DNA of 64,000 nt from Octopus sinensis (taxonomy: Eukaryota), in NCBI RefSeq assembly GCF_006345805.1, contig NC_043004.1, forward strand, positions 62,806,001-62,870,000, read 5' to 3'. Below the pieces are notes generated by a model, which had not been told where the DNA came from, made no database searches, and saw nothing but the letters and a program-made list of their open reading frames with translations. Made by a program: the position numbers and the translations under genes. Shown here in pieces: positions 12,721-26,314 of the stretch (positions within the stretch are counted from its first letter, which is position 1; each line of letters opens with the position of its first letter).

Positions 12721-13744
12721 CACTTATAAGCGAGAGAAGGTAGCAGGATGAATAAAAATTGGAAAAGTCCCTGACATTTTAGGAATAAGGTTTTATACGC
12801 TAATGTATGAGTTTGTGGCAAGGTAGATCTCGGTAAGTCTGAAATCAGAGATGAGTTACAAAGCAATTTTTTTATAGTTTCAGCAATAAATTAACTTGAG
12901 TTTTCCATATAATAAAATATTTATATATTTTTTTTGTTTCGATTTTCTGCTTCAAGCTCTCCATTAGGCATTGTAATGCAAATACAGATAAAGAAACAAA
13001 AAGCAGGGTCATTATAGTTTTTCATTTATATAATATGACTTTTGTAAAAAAAACTAGCGCTCTGGGGTATGGGATTACAATGGAATGATTAAAGGCAACT
13101 AAAATTTTTAACCAAGTTTCTATTGATTGGTTTTGATCTACCTGTCATTGTGGATTGACATATCACATCAATATAGTTACATTTTTATTCTTTCCTACCT
13201 TTTCTAATCATGTTTATAGCTTCACATATCTGTTTTTAGTTCTGAATATCGGCTTGGTTTTCTCTGCATAAAAACAGAAGTTTTTAATGCATCTAAGTGT
13301 AATATTTCTTCTGTACTACTAGGAAGAATTTTTCAGTATCATATTTCAATCTTGCGCTTCTCAACCAGTACTACATTCTGTTTATTCTTTTATTTGTGCT
13401 GTATTTATTGATTATATTGTTTTGTTTACTTCCACCGTGTTTAGCTTTTCCAGATATTGGCAATGCTGATACTTTTCTTGCCATCACTACAGCATGGCAT
13501 TCCGTAACCTATCTTTAACCTCCTCAAACTTTTGCTATTTTTTTTACTTTCACATTTCTTATATCTGTCATTTCAGATGTTTATTATATTCGCTGGTTTA
13601 CGTGAAAATGAAATGGTTTTCTTTTTTGTTCGCACGTTTAGCTATTTTTCTGAAACGTTCATTATTCTTCGCTAGATATTTTTTATTGCCCTAAACGTCT
13701 TTTCTTTCTATTCTTTAACTCTTCCTTATTCTCACCTTCCTTCC

Positions 13745-13915
13745 CTTCTTCTTCTTCTTCTTCTTCTTCTTCTTCTTCTTCTTCTTCTTCTTCTTCTTCT
13801 TCTTCTTCTTCTTCTTCTTCTTCTTCTTTTCTTTCTTCTTCTTCTCTTTTTCTTCTTCATCTCTTCTTCTTCTTCTTCTTCTTCTTCTTCTTCTTCTTCT
13901 TCTTCTTCATCTCTT
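13745..13915. repeat. (CTT)n microsatellite
   Basis: Direct reading. Confidence 0.95.
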
Positions 13916-14764
13916 CCTCCTCCTACTGCTGCCGATTCTCGTTTTCTTCACATACTCTGCAATTTCTCTCACCGGGCTTATGAGAAGCATCTCGTGAATT
14001 CTAGAGAAGAGCCTCTGATCTGTACCACAATCAAATCATCCTTTTTTTTCGTCTTTCATTTCCGCGCTTCGCAGCAATTGTTGCCGAATTTTATATTCAC
14101 ATTCCACTCTACTCCGTTTCATTTATGTATTCTCTGTAGGCTTCTGACCAAGACATGCAGGAACGTTTACAATTTGGGGAGCCATAGAAACAGATCGTCA
14201 ATTCTTAATAATAACTCAAGTGGGAATCCACTTGGCCAACATATACACATACAACTTAGACGTGTCGACTTTCTGCTGTTCTGGATTTAACGGTGAAATT
14301 AGAGGATAGTGAACGTAGTCATAATTTGGCGGTCAGACTTATATAGATATAAGACGAAAATGGATACGAAAAGGTGATAGAGGGAGCTGAAGTAAGAAGA
14401 GAGTTACAATGAGGTAATCTAGTCAGCCCTTGACGTTTACGTATGCACATTCTGTACCTTTCGACATTTTCGCAGCGGTTTCTCATAACTAGCAGCTTCA
14501 TTGTAGAATAGTTATTCGTATTTATGTGTGCCCATGAGTTTTCCACTGCTGTGAAATGTCACAAATAAATTTACAGTCGTTAATAATTATGTATAAGTCA
14601 GTAGGTGTAATTTTATTGGTCATCAGCGAGCAACAGTATTTTATTCACATCTAGAATGGTTCTCCAGTCAACCGGTATTTGGAGCGGGAAAGGCTGAGTT
14701 TTTTCTTTCTAAAGAAATCTCAATCTTACAGATTCAAATAGGGAAAGACATTTAGTATTTAAAA

Positions 14765-15073
14765 AATCACTTTACATTTTCTTCAAGGAATTTGATTCAC
14801 TCTATCAAATGGCAAAGACGTATTGAATATTACATAGGTCAAACAAATCTTACTATAAGAAATAGACTGACCATTCACCCACAACAAATACGAGACTCTA
14901 TCTCTAGACAGATTTCACTGAGTGGACACATAGATATATATGCAAATTGTAAGTCCTCCAAATTGCAGGTGTTGTCACTCTAGCTATGTTTAGCCAATAC
15001 CACAGATTAAACGCGTATAACTAAAGAAAATGGTTTCCTACATAACTACAAGCCAAGACTTAACAAACTTTAA
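14765..15073 (+). mobile_element. Penelope-like element GIY-YIG endonuclease remnant
   Basis: NHFTFSSRNLIHSIKWQRRIEYYIGQTNLTIRNRLTIHPQQIRD...LSGHID...*...*TRITKENGFLHNYKPRLNKL*. Matches FTCxSxNLIYxIxC..C...YIGQT...R.R...H.QQI and the terminal KE..F...KP.LN. Cys residues decayed, two stops. Confidence 0.8.
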
Positions 15074-17160
15074 CAGAGTACATCACACAAATGACTATTC
15101 ACACACAAAATTCATTCTGCCACTTATCATGAGGATGCTACACAGCTAACCGCATAAATTTTGGCCACTGGACTACGTACAAACGATTCCGGTCACCTCT
15201 CCGACCAGACAGATAAAATTTGGAGAGACTCGATTGTAAATAAACATATTCACTCAATCGTGTCGGCCTTCTTTTTAGGCGTAAGATATACTGTCACATG
15301 ACACTAACGCGCGAACGTATCGGGAAACGTACGACAGGTTATAAACTTAATAATGTGTTCATTTTCTACAAATATTTAACGGAAAACTTCCAGAGAATTG
15401 CTTGTTTAGACATGTTCAGTCAACCGTATCAGACATTAAATTACGACGCCAAACATTGTCACTAATACACGGAGGTAGCGGGGAATCTGCTAAAATTTCT
15501 AAGACCAGTCATGTGACTATCCTCTACTATCCAAATCGTATTGAAAACATACTAATTTGAGCCATGAACTCCCTATAAATATGGGGAAAGCTTCAAACAC
15601 TAATCAGAAGCAAGACAGCTGCGAGATAAGCCACGTCTTTCTATTTGAACTTTTTGAAAATCAGTGTAAACTCTGTAACAGGTTAAAGCTTTAGATATAT
15701 TAATATCAAAATATTTTAAATATTCTCAGTTCATTTTCAACTTCCATTTGTCCTATATTTCTACCCCTGTGGAATAAAATAACTTTGTTTTCTATATTTG
15801 TATATATATTCAAACACATACAATACGGTTCGTTGATATATATATATATATACCGTGCTTGCACGGAGGGTGTTCTGTTACCCAGAAACTCGTATCGAAA
15901 TACTTTTGTTCCAATATTTTTCCTCGCAAGAGCAAATCAGAAAAGTTGTTTATAAACACAACATAAATTACTGATAAATAATAAATGGTAGTTCTATATT
16001 TTGCTATGTAAGTGTGCAAATCTAACAAATTTAGAGGGAGTGTTTCCCTTTCCATCGACAAGTATATATTACTATTTTCATTTTGCAATAGTATAGACGC
16101 TTATCTTTTAGCAGTGTGAACTTCATGGTCGTATATATGGTAGTAAGTGCGAATGACGTGCTGTCATGTAGCGAAATGGGGACACGTTGTGATGCAATTC
16201 ATAACTGAATATGGCTAATTTTCCATTCGCGTTTAAAGCCATCACACGGTTATATGATTACTTTTGAGTGTTCTCCTGTCAATGTCTTGTAATACTGATT
16301 ATATTATATATTGTGGTTTAATATGCACACACCACTTGACTATGTGTTGTTCCTTCTTTGTACACCGGTTACAGTTCAAAACACCTTGTGTTATTATATG
16401 GCAGTATGTAAGCATCTCAACCCGTCATATGATATGGAAAGGAAATGAATAACAGAATGAAGCGGGAGGATAATTCAGTTGTCACAAAGTGGAGAGTGGT
16501 TTGTGATTACTGATAGCTGCACTAGGAAGGAAAGGGGGCGGAACATGAACATTCTAAAGAGAACAAGAAAGCTAAATTTAGGAAACGTAGAAGAGAAAGC
16601 GAAAGCGTTAAAAGGGAACGGAGTTTAGAGAATGGAGTTATTGAAGTTTGTAACATCTATTAAATGACGTAGTCGTTGTAACTGAAGCGTAATGTGTATG
16701 ACAGTAGTATGGCTTAAGAAAACCAACGTTTATTAGTATAAAGAGAAGGGGTGGGGAACAATGTTTGGTGTAGAAGAAAATTACGGGATTGTAATTCGAG
16801 ATTGATGTGCTTGTGAAGTTTGAGTTGCAAAGATTTTTACATGTGAAAAAAAAAAATTCCTTTCATTTTTAAGAGAATTTTCTGGGCACTTAAATGTTAA
16901 AAACATAGATACCTTTAGGTCCTGAAAAATTCGCATCGAATAGTTTCGCTCTTTTAGATTTGTCGCTGTGAATTTCTTTACTTCAGGCATGTTTTGAATG
17001 CAAATGAAATTCCACAAAGAAGCGATGTTGGTCTAATCACTATATCAAAGGCGAGTTACTGTGTTATTTGTCTCTTAATGTGGTCGATATTCGTCATTTA
17101 CCCATCGCCATATCTAGTCCTAGATATATACAAATACACAGAGAAAGATATCTATACATA

Positions 17161-17267
<107 letters not shown>

Positions 17268-17438
17268 AGGATTTACAAAAAAAAAGACAGAGACGAGTGT
17301 GTAAACCACAAACAGATGTATTAGTATACTGCTCGGGAAGTGAGAAAGCCTTTTACGTTTCGAGCCTACATACATACACATACATACATCATACATACAT
17401 ACATACATACATACATACATACATACATACACATACAT

Positions 17439-17495
<57 letters not shown>

Positions 17496-17497
17496 AT

Positions 17498-17632
17498 AAG
17501 ACTTTTTTGTGTAATAAGATAAAAACCAAGACTGTGTAGATATTAGAGCATTTATAGATACAAATGCTCTAAATGCTCTAATATCTACACACCCTTGGGT
17601 TGGTTTTTTTATCTTATTATCCAAAAACTCTT
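17498..17632. mobile_element. Small palindromic MITE-like element
   Basis: AAGACTTTTTGTGTAATAAGATAAAAACCAAGACTGTGTAGATATTAGAGCATTTA pairs imperfectly with the reverse complement of TAAATGCTCTAATATCTACACACCCTTGGGTTGGTTTTTTATCTTATTATCCAAAAACTCTT. TA-rich flanks. Confidence 0.55.
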
Positions 17633-17789
17633 ATATACACACGCTGCCAGAACCAAACTTGAACCCCTTATTCGCAATATTACCGAATCTGAAACTTAAC
17701 TATGGTCAGTCTATAGCCCTTATTTAGCATTACCTGGCACCTTTGGGTCTCAATGATACCATTATCACTTATATATATATATAGATATA

Positions 17790-19197
17790 TACGAGGGACG
17801 TTCAATAAGTAATGCCACTGACCCACTTGCAGCTGTTTGATCTAGCTGATTTACAGGTGTTTGAACTAAGTCAAGTGTGAAATGGAGCCTGTTGAGTGTC
17901 GAGCAGTGATCCGGTTTTTGTATTTGAAAGGACGCACACCACGGGAGACTTTCGATGAAATGAAAGTAACTTATGGTGATGATGCCCCATCATATGACCT
18001 TGTAAAACGCTGGCATCGTGAATTCAAACATGGTCGGAACTCTGTGGAAACAGCTCCCAGATCTGGTCGCCCCCCTTCTGCCATTGACGAGGCATCTGTC
18101 CGTCAAGTTGAGGCTGCCATTTTGGAAGGTCAACGCATAACTATTCGCCAAATATCCCATGCGGTCAAGATTAGTACCGGGTCTGTGGAAACTATCATTC
18201 ATGACCATTTGCATATGCAAAAGGTGTCTGCCAGATGGATTCTCAGGTTGATCACGCCTTTCCAGAAGCAAGAACGCGTCGAGTGCTCGAGGATGAATTT
18301 GGAGATGTGCCAAGAAGATGAGTCCAAATTTTGCAAAAGCCTGACTACACAGGATGAAACCTGGGTCCATAAATATGATCCAGAGACCAAAGCCCAGTCA
18401 AGGCAGTGAAAGCACCGTGAATCACCTCCTCCAAAGAAGACAAGGGTGCAGCGCTCCGCTGGCAGGGTCATGCTCACAGTCTTCTGGGACCAGGACGCAG
18501 TAGTTATGACAGATTTCCTGGCAAAGGGTACTACAATTACAGAAGCCTATTATGCTTCACTTTTGAGGAAATTAAGAGAAGCTATCAAAATCAAGAGGCG
18601 GGGCAAGATCAGCAAAGGCATCCTCCTCCTGCAGGACAACACTCCGGTCCACAACTCGCGTGTCGCCAGATCAGAAGCACAGGCGTAGTAGTGATGACAG
18701 ATTTCCTGGCAAAGGGTACCACAATTACAGGAGTCTATTATGCTTCACTTCTGAGGAAATTAAGAGAAGCTATCAAAATCAAGAGGCGGGGCAAGATCAG
18801 TAAAGGCATCCTCCTCCTGCAGGACAACGCTCCGGTCCACAACTCGCGTGTCGCCAGATCAGAAGCACAGGCATGCGGCTATGAACTCCTCCCCCATCCC
18901 CCCTACTCTCCTGACCTTGCACCCTCTGATTTTTACCTCTTCCCATCCATGAAGTTGTTTTTGAAAGGAAAGCGTTTCCCAGATGATGCAGCCTTGATTT
19001 CTGAAGTCACGTCGTGTTTGGAGGACAAAGCTAGGGTCTTCTACAAAAACGGTCTCCAGAGCTACATCAAACGATGGGAGAAATGCGTAACTCTGGGTGG
19101 TTTCTATGTAGAAAAAGACTAACAACTGTGCCAAGTTTCGTTGCTCTACTGCTATGGGAAGTGGGTCAGGGGCATTACTTATTGAACGCCCCTCGTC
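17790..19197 (+). mobile_element. mariner (DD34D) DNA transposon, complete ends, inactivated transposase
   Basis: 37-bp TIRs 17792-17828 (CGAGGGACGTTCAATAAGTAATGCCACTGACCCACTT) and 19159-19195 with 2 mismatches. TA on the left, TC on the right. Transposase 17882-19122 with HTH, RSGRP, DETW, QDNAPVH and HPPYSPDLAPSD (34 residues between 2nd and 3rd Asp). Nonsense codon at 18407-18409 and a 188-bp internal duplication. Confidence 0.95.
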
Positions 19198-19992
19198 TAT
19201 ATATAAAACAAATAAGTACGAAGGATGTCCAGCAATCAATGCATTACGGCCGTTTAAAGCGACTTCATTTAACCGAAGAATACAAACATTTTCATCAGTA
19301 CTAGTGACTAAAATACTTACATTGCTTCTTTTTGTTATTATTGCTACGGTAATACTGAACACGAAAAGTGGACAGTCAACATGCTAGTCCTTAATTGGTA
19401 TATATAAATATTTTAATCTCCGGATTCTTTTTTGATATGCTAGACCACTGGTTTTAATTGATAAATATCAATTTCTACCCTTAACTAATTTTATATTAAT
19501 AAATATGTTCTCTAACCGATAAATTGACTGCTGCTAATTATTAGCTGCAGGCTGGTTTTTTCGGGTCTCAACGCGCCAAAGTAAAGGCATTTGAAAGATA
19601 CATTCGAATGTAATAGGTTGAAGTCCATGCACGCGATACTCCGGTATCGTTTTTGCATGTAGTCCAGCAAATTGCATTTATAACGGGCCATGATGATGAA
19701 TGCTACAGTTATCCTTGCGGATAATAATAGCCGAAACTGATCAGTACATGGGTAATTATTTTATTTCGTATATTTTCACTTGTTTATTGCTTTGGTTTTG
19801 TGCTGAGTTTGATTTGAGAACATAATTTTTGTGGAGAATGGCGATTTGACGTCTATATCTAGCATGTTGACTGTCCACTTTTCGTGTTCAGTCCTTAATT
19901 GGTATATATAAATATTTTAATCTTCGGATTCTTTTTTAATATGCTAGGCCACTGGTTTTAATTGATAAATATCAATTTCTACCCTTAATAAT

Positions 19993-20023
<31 letters not shown>

Positions 20024-20034
20024 TATATATATAT

Positions 20035-20085
<51 letters not shown>

Positions 20086-20398
20086 CATATATATGATATA
20101 ATTGTAATATATGTGACAACTATTCAGTTGCCATAATAACTCTGAGTTTCAGATGTCGGGGCGGAAATCTGTTGCGGCATCTCGACAGTTATCAAGGCAA
20201 TCAAAAAATGTTATGAAAATGACCGTCAAATAAAGGGAAAAACAGACAAATTGCCCATAAAAATAGAGTATGTGCGCGTGTACATGCAACGCATGCGCGC
20301 ACGCACACCCACGTACATTTTACGTTTGAGCATTGTTACTTTTTTACTTTTATAATCCTCTTTTTTCCTTCCCTTTATATATATATATATATATATGT

Positions 20399-21268
20399 AG
20401 GAGATCTGTCTGAAAACTAACGGTACCGGGTGTGCTGTGTGAGCTATGGGTGAAAGGGGGATGAGCTGATTGTGTTATATCTCTAATCGCAGCTTTCTAG
20501 AACCACTACATATATTCACGTACTTTTCTTTAGACCCCCTCTTTTTCAGGTAATTCAGTTATACGCTCTGAGGAACGAAAGATGAATATCGAGCTGCGGA
20601 TAAACATGAAACTTTTCCTCCAGTTGAGGAAGACACTGACAAGCTCTTCAAATGCGTCAGAAAGTGTATGGAGATGACACCATGTCACACACAGCTGTTT
20701 TTGAGTTACTCAATAGATTGAATTAGGATCTCAAGGAAGTGGAATCTAGCTTCAGGAGCTGGAGGCCTTCAAACAAGAAGAACTGTGGTCAACATCGAGA
20801 TGTTAATCAGAAAGTCTCCAAAGAGATCATGCAGCATTGCTTCTCTCAGTATGTGAGGCGAGACGAAAATTGTGACCGGAGAAATAATGGCCGTTTCACC
20901 ACGGCAGTGCACCTATTCACAACACCCTAAGCATCCGGCTGAGCTACGCTGTAATAGAACAGCCTCTCTATTCACCTGATCTTGCTGCATGAGACATTTT
21001 TCTTTTTCCTTCAAGCTGAAGAGGATCGTTCAAGGAACCCGTTTTATAGAAGTGGAGGCCATCAAGGAACCGTAACGATGTAACTTAGGGTATACCAGAT
21101 AAATCCTTCCAGCAGTGCATAAAAGAGTGGCAGAGAAGTACGGAAAGTGGAAAAGTACATTAGACACAAGCGGGATAATCTGAAATGGAACTATGAAGAT
21201 TGTTGCTTGTAATTTAAATAAATTGCTTCTTACTAATGCCCCGTTGCGTCCCAGACAAACCTCGCGTA
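20399..21268 (+). mobile_element. Old internally deleted mariner
   Basis: Fragments IELRINMKLF, QKVYGDDTMSHTAVFE, QPLYSPDLAA*D and IPDKSFQQCIKEWQR. Degenerate TIRs GAGATCTGTCTGAAAACTAACGG and CCGTTGCGTCCCAGACAAACCTCG. Confidence 0.7.
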
Positions 21269-22117
21269 TGTATATATGTGCGTGTGTGTATGTCCGTGTG
21301 TGTGTATATGTGTGCGTGTGTGTGTGGGGCGGGGTTGTGTGTGAACATATGTATATATGGAATTGTTCAACCTTATTTCAATATTTCTTGCAAATAGAGA
21401 AATAGCCGGTTTCTAACTTTGATTCAAGGCAACTGCGTTGGAATTTCAACATCAGGGTATTATTCTTTGTATGTACGTATGTATGTATGCATGTATGTTC
21501 TTATATATGTATATGTATGTATGTATGCATGCATGTATCTATGTGTACAAATTTGCAAGTTTTGCTTTATGCATGTAATCTCATGCATATAGTTGCATAT
21601 AAACTGTTACGTTTTACAGATTTTTACAGTTTCAGTGATGGATTGGATGTGTAGTGTTCGAGTTAGCTTTCTTCTTTCTGGTTTTGAGACGCCTAATTTC
21701 CCAAGTTTGGTATTTAGGCAGTGTACAAATCCCAATCTCCAATAATTACAGGTGTAAACCTGAACTTGTAATCTAGATAGAGTAACTGCAGATTTCTCAA
21801 CAGTTCAATGTAGATGCTGTCGTTTTCACTGATCTTCAGGTTTATGTTAACGTCCGCTGAGCAGCTAGATTCTACAACTGGGCAGAGTTTCTCTTCTCTA
21901 TCCCAAACCGTTATATCAGGTTAGTTGTGTTTACATTTTATTGAGGTCTTCAATAGGATATTCTGCCAGGACTCCAGTTTATTATTAGTGGCTATGGCCT
22001 ATACTATACTGTAGGTCTTTATTTCTCAGATTTACCTTCGCGCGTTACCATTACTCGAATTATAGTTGCGTGTGAAGCAGATGTAACTTTCCATAAGCTT
22101 ACCGACAGACTTCAAAA

Positions 22118-22154
<37 letters not shown>

Positions 22155-22431
22155 ATATATATATATATTATATATATTATATATATATATATATAATATA
22201 TATATATATGTATATATATATAATATATATGTATGTATATCAAATGATGAATCGTTTGTCCTGAGGCACACATTCATAAAACCGGGGTCCTGCGTAGTTC
22301 TGACTAAATTTTGAGCGAAGTAGGGAAACGTGAAATAAAGTAGCACCCGATCATGGAAATCACAATTTTATGACCATGAGACCAAGGATCTAGCTACTAA
22401 AATATTGCACTCACCACACACACACACCACC

Positions 22432-22472
<41 letters not shown>

Positions 22473-22535
22473 AGTATCAGCCGCATATACACACGCGCGC
22501 ACATACATTTTCACTGACATATATATATATTATAT

Positions 22536-22610
<75 letters not shown>

Positions 22611-22761
22611 CATGTGGTACAGTGGAATTTGTAACAGAAAATTATTTAATACTGTTAATGTAATTTCCTTCAATACAGATATCTGTAATCTATAATTCTC
22701 TTTCAAGAGGAAATGTCAAAGGTTCCCACCGATATTAATGTGTTCGTTAATTTTTTCTGAA

Positions 22762-22813
<52 letters not shown>

Positions 22814-23050
22814 TATATATACATGTGCGTGTATATTCCTGATTATAAGTAAGTATTTGTGTACGTGTACACATTCATATACACCTCGCGGAAAGTCATA
22901 CTCTCGCCTCGCATACGCACAAACTCACTTCAACCTCTTCTTTGAAAGTGTTATTTAAGTAAGTTTCAGGAGGCTGGATATATATATATATAATATATAT
23001 AATATATTATATATAATATATATATATCATATATATATATATATATTATA

Positions 23051-23082
<32 letters not shown>

Positions 23083-23118
23083 TATATTATATATATATAT
23101 ATATCTATATATATATAT

Positions 23119-25865
23119 AACTTAGAATAACTTAGAAAGGTTTTGGCCAGTATTGGCCCAGGCCATGTCTAACTTAATAGCACCACCTGTCGAAGTCTTT
23201 CAGTTCAGGATTTGGGCACCAAGGCCCATTCGAGCAGAGAGTTATTGTTTGCGGAGACATATCCGGTGTGGGTAGTTTGTCCGGTACTGTTTGAAGGAAT
23301 TTGTCCAAAGACTTAAATTTTGTGTGGTCAGTTTCTTCTTTGACGTGTCCTGGTGTAATGTTGAAGAGAGCGGGTCCAATTGAGGTGAAATAGTTGTGCC
23401 GTATTGTCGTTATGTGATGCGATTTAGATTTTTGTTGTGGACGGATGGCACGTGGTCCAAGCCTTGGATGTATTTTGAAGGTGATGCCAACATCATTCGG
23501 ACAGTGCTGATGGAATATTCTCCACATCATACAGATAATGTAGCGTTCACGGCGTCGTTGGAGTGAATACAATTTCAGCTTCTCTAGTCTACCCCAGTAG
23601 TCAAGGTCTGACATGCCATCTATCCTTTTTGTGATTGACCTTTGGGGAGCTTCAATTCTCATAATATTTTGTTTTGTGTAGGGAGACCACAGTGGACAGC
23701 AGTATTCAAGGTGGGGTCGGGCAAAAGTGGAGAAGAGAAGAATAATAGCGTGGGAATCTCTCGACTGGAAGGTTCTGAGAATCCAGGAACACATTCTGCG
23801 GGCCATGTCAACTTTGCTGCTTATATGTGTAGCCCAGCTTATGTTGTTGTCCACTGTTACTCCCAAGTTTCTGATGTTGTTGGATGCCATGAGAATTTCT
23901 CCAGAAGGAAGAGAGTATGGGAGTTTCAGAGCGTCCTCCCTTCCAAAGTGGATCAGTTCGAAGTTGTCTTCATTTAGCAACATGTTATTCTTTTCCGCCC
24001 ATTGGACAACAGCCAGTAGTTCTGACTGAATATTTATTCGGTTATCCACGCCATTGATGACCTTCTGGAGCTTGGAATCATCAGCGAAGGTTCTGATGTT
24101 ACTGTGTTTGATGGTGTCAGTAATGTCATTTATGTAGATGATGAAGAGAAGTGGGCCCAACACCACTGCTGACTTCGGCTGGGCTGGATTTGACTCCTTC
24201 GACTACAACATGTTGGGTTCTGTTAGACAGGAAGCACTTGATCCACTGCAGTAGCTTTGCAGTGACACCAATATTGGACAGCTTTCTCAGAAGGATCTTA
24301 TGATCAACCCTGTCAAAGGCCTTGCTGAAATCAAGGTAGATGACATCAGTGTTGGAACCTTCTCCCAAGGCTCTCAAAATGTCATCAAAATGATGCAGTA
24401 GCTGCGTCAGGCAATCTCTTCCATTACGGAATCCATGCTGGTTGGGGTTCAGCATATTATGACTCTCGAGGAAGTGAGTCATACGCGATCTCAGCACCCT
24501 CTCAAATACCTTGATGATATGAGAGGTGAGTGAGATTGGACGGTAATTCACGGCAAGCGATTTGTTTCCTTTTTTGAAAACTGGGACAACAGACTGGGAT
24601 AGAAGGTCTTCCGGTATATATCCAGCATCCAGTGAGTTCCGCCACAGATTGGCTAGAGGGGGTGCAAGTTGGTTTTGACACATCTTCAAGACACAAGCCG
24701 GGAACCTATCGGGACCTACTGCTGAATTATGCTTCATTTCCTTTATTGCTGCTAAGACATCAGGAGCGCCAAATGTTATGTCCGATAAAGTGTATTGGGG
24801 AGTAACATCACTGATACAGCCCAGATCAGTCATATCAGGATTGCTGAAAACAGAGCAATATTGTTTCTGTAATATCTCTCCCATGGTTTTTTGCATTGTC
24901 TTGAAAAGTACCATTTTCATCAATCAGAGGGCCAACAGTAGAACCAGTGACTCTGTGTTTTTTTGCAAATGAAAAGAACACTTTGGGATTGAGTTTGATC
25001 TTCTCAATGGCCCAGGCCTCTTCAGCTCTTCGCTGACTATTGATGAGAGACATCATGTTGTTTTGGAGTTTATGTTTTTTAATCTCTAGCGACGAGATGG
25101 CAGTCAGGTTGGTGTGTTGCTGTTGACAGTATTTCAGCATGTTGATCTTTTTGTTAATTCTTTTAATTTTCCTTATGAGAGATTTTCTATTTCTAGGGAT
25201 TCGACACTTAGATTTGTTTGCAGATCTTAATGGGGTGTGTCTTGCACATATGATCGTGATGGTGTCTACAAGTGACTGCCAGGACTGTTTGAAGTTAGTG
25301 GGTGTGTATGTGTGCGTGAAGGACCAATCGACTTGTGCAAGATCATTATTGATCGCTTCCCAGTTTGCATTGTGGAAATCCATAGTGTCAAATGGATGAA
25401 CAGGAGGGATGACATTTGTTTTGCATTTTGGCCAGTGAAATCTCAGATCACAGAGAACCATGTCATGGTCGGAGAGTAGGGTTTCCTCCGCTGCAATATT
25501 GTGGATAGTATCAGTGTGATTGCTGAAAATTAAGTCTAAGACGTTTTTATGACATCTCGTTGGTTCGAGTACCAGTTGGGACAGCAAGAAATCATCCATG
25601 AAGTCAAGAAGCGATTCCACTGCCTCCCTGTCAGGGGTTGAGAGAGAAGAACCTGGCGGCAGACTGTTTGTAGACCAGTCAACCCCGGGAAGGTTGAAGT
25701 CTCCCATCATTAAAATGTTGTCAGGTTGACACTGGTGAATGAAACACTTTATGCTGTTGAGGCATTCCTTGAAGCATGGTAGGGGCGTTTGGGGTGGTCT
25801 GTAGAGCCCAACTACTGTAAAGTTGTTGGTTTGACTGAATACAGCGACTGCTTCGCAGTATCCAT
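23119..25865 (-). mobile_element. CR1-group LINE (APE endonuclease C-terminal half + RT), 5'-truncated, frameshifted
   Basis: APE motifs VVGLYRPP, MGDFN, VLDLIFSN, SDHDMV. RT motifs NYRPISLTS, QHGFR, YLDFSKAFDRVDH, FADD, RPHLEYC...WSPY, LYSLQRRR. Frameshifts near 24925, 24160 and in the last segment. 3' end has two TTCTAAGTTA tail repeats running into (TA)n. Confidence 0.92.
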
Positions 25866-25938
25866 TTGATATATATTATGGTAAATACTTTTACAATGTT
25901 GCTGAAGTTTAAAATAAATCTAAAATCGAATATTGCAG

Positions 25939-26080
25939 GCCACAGATTAATGACTGAAAATCGAAACCCAAACACCAATGCTCAGCTGCAGACGAGACGA
26001 AAGGCGGCCAAGATGTTGATCACAGTCGTCATTGTTTTTGGAATATGCAATTTGCCGGTACATATTCTCAATATTGTCAG
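25939..26080 (+). CDS. Orexin/allatotropin-type rhodopsin-family GPCR, internal exon (ICL3-TM6)
   Basis: tattgcag|GC...AG|gtaagg, 142 nt, phase 1 to phase 2. Encodes (G)HRLMTENRNPNTNAQLQTRRKAAKMLITVVIVFGICNLPVHILNIV(R), similar to orexin RARRKTARML and allatotropin-receptor QLRSRRKAAKML...PVH. Confidence 0.9.
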
Positions 26081-26166
26081 GTAAGGCTCATGCGGACAAG
26101 TATTTATTTGAAACACACCCATAGTTTTCAATAACTCGAGAAACTGCTTGTGTGAAAATACTATAT

Positions 26167-26229
<63 letters not shown>

Positions 26230-26239
26230 ACATATATAC

Positions 26240-26314
<75 letters not shown>

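Noticed and set aside
11250-12840. GTAAGT donors at 11288 and 12833 as possible upstream GPCR exons
   Set aside because: The phase-compatible frames hit stops within a few codons and contain no TM5 YxxP motif.
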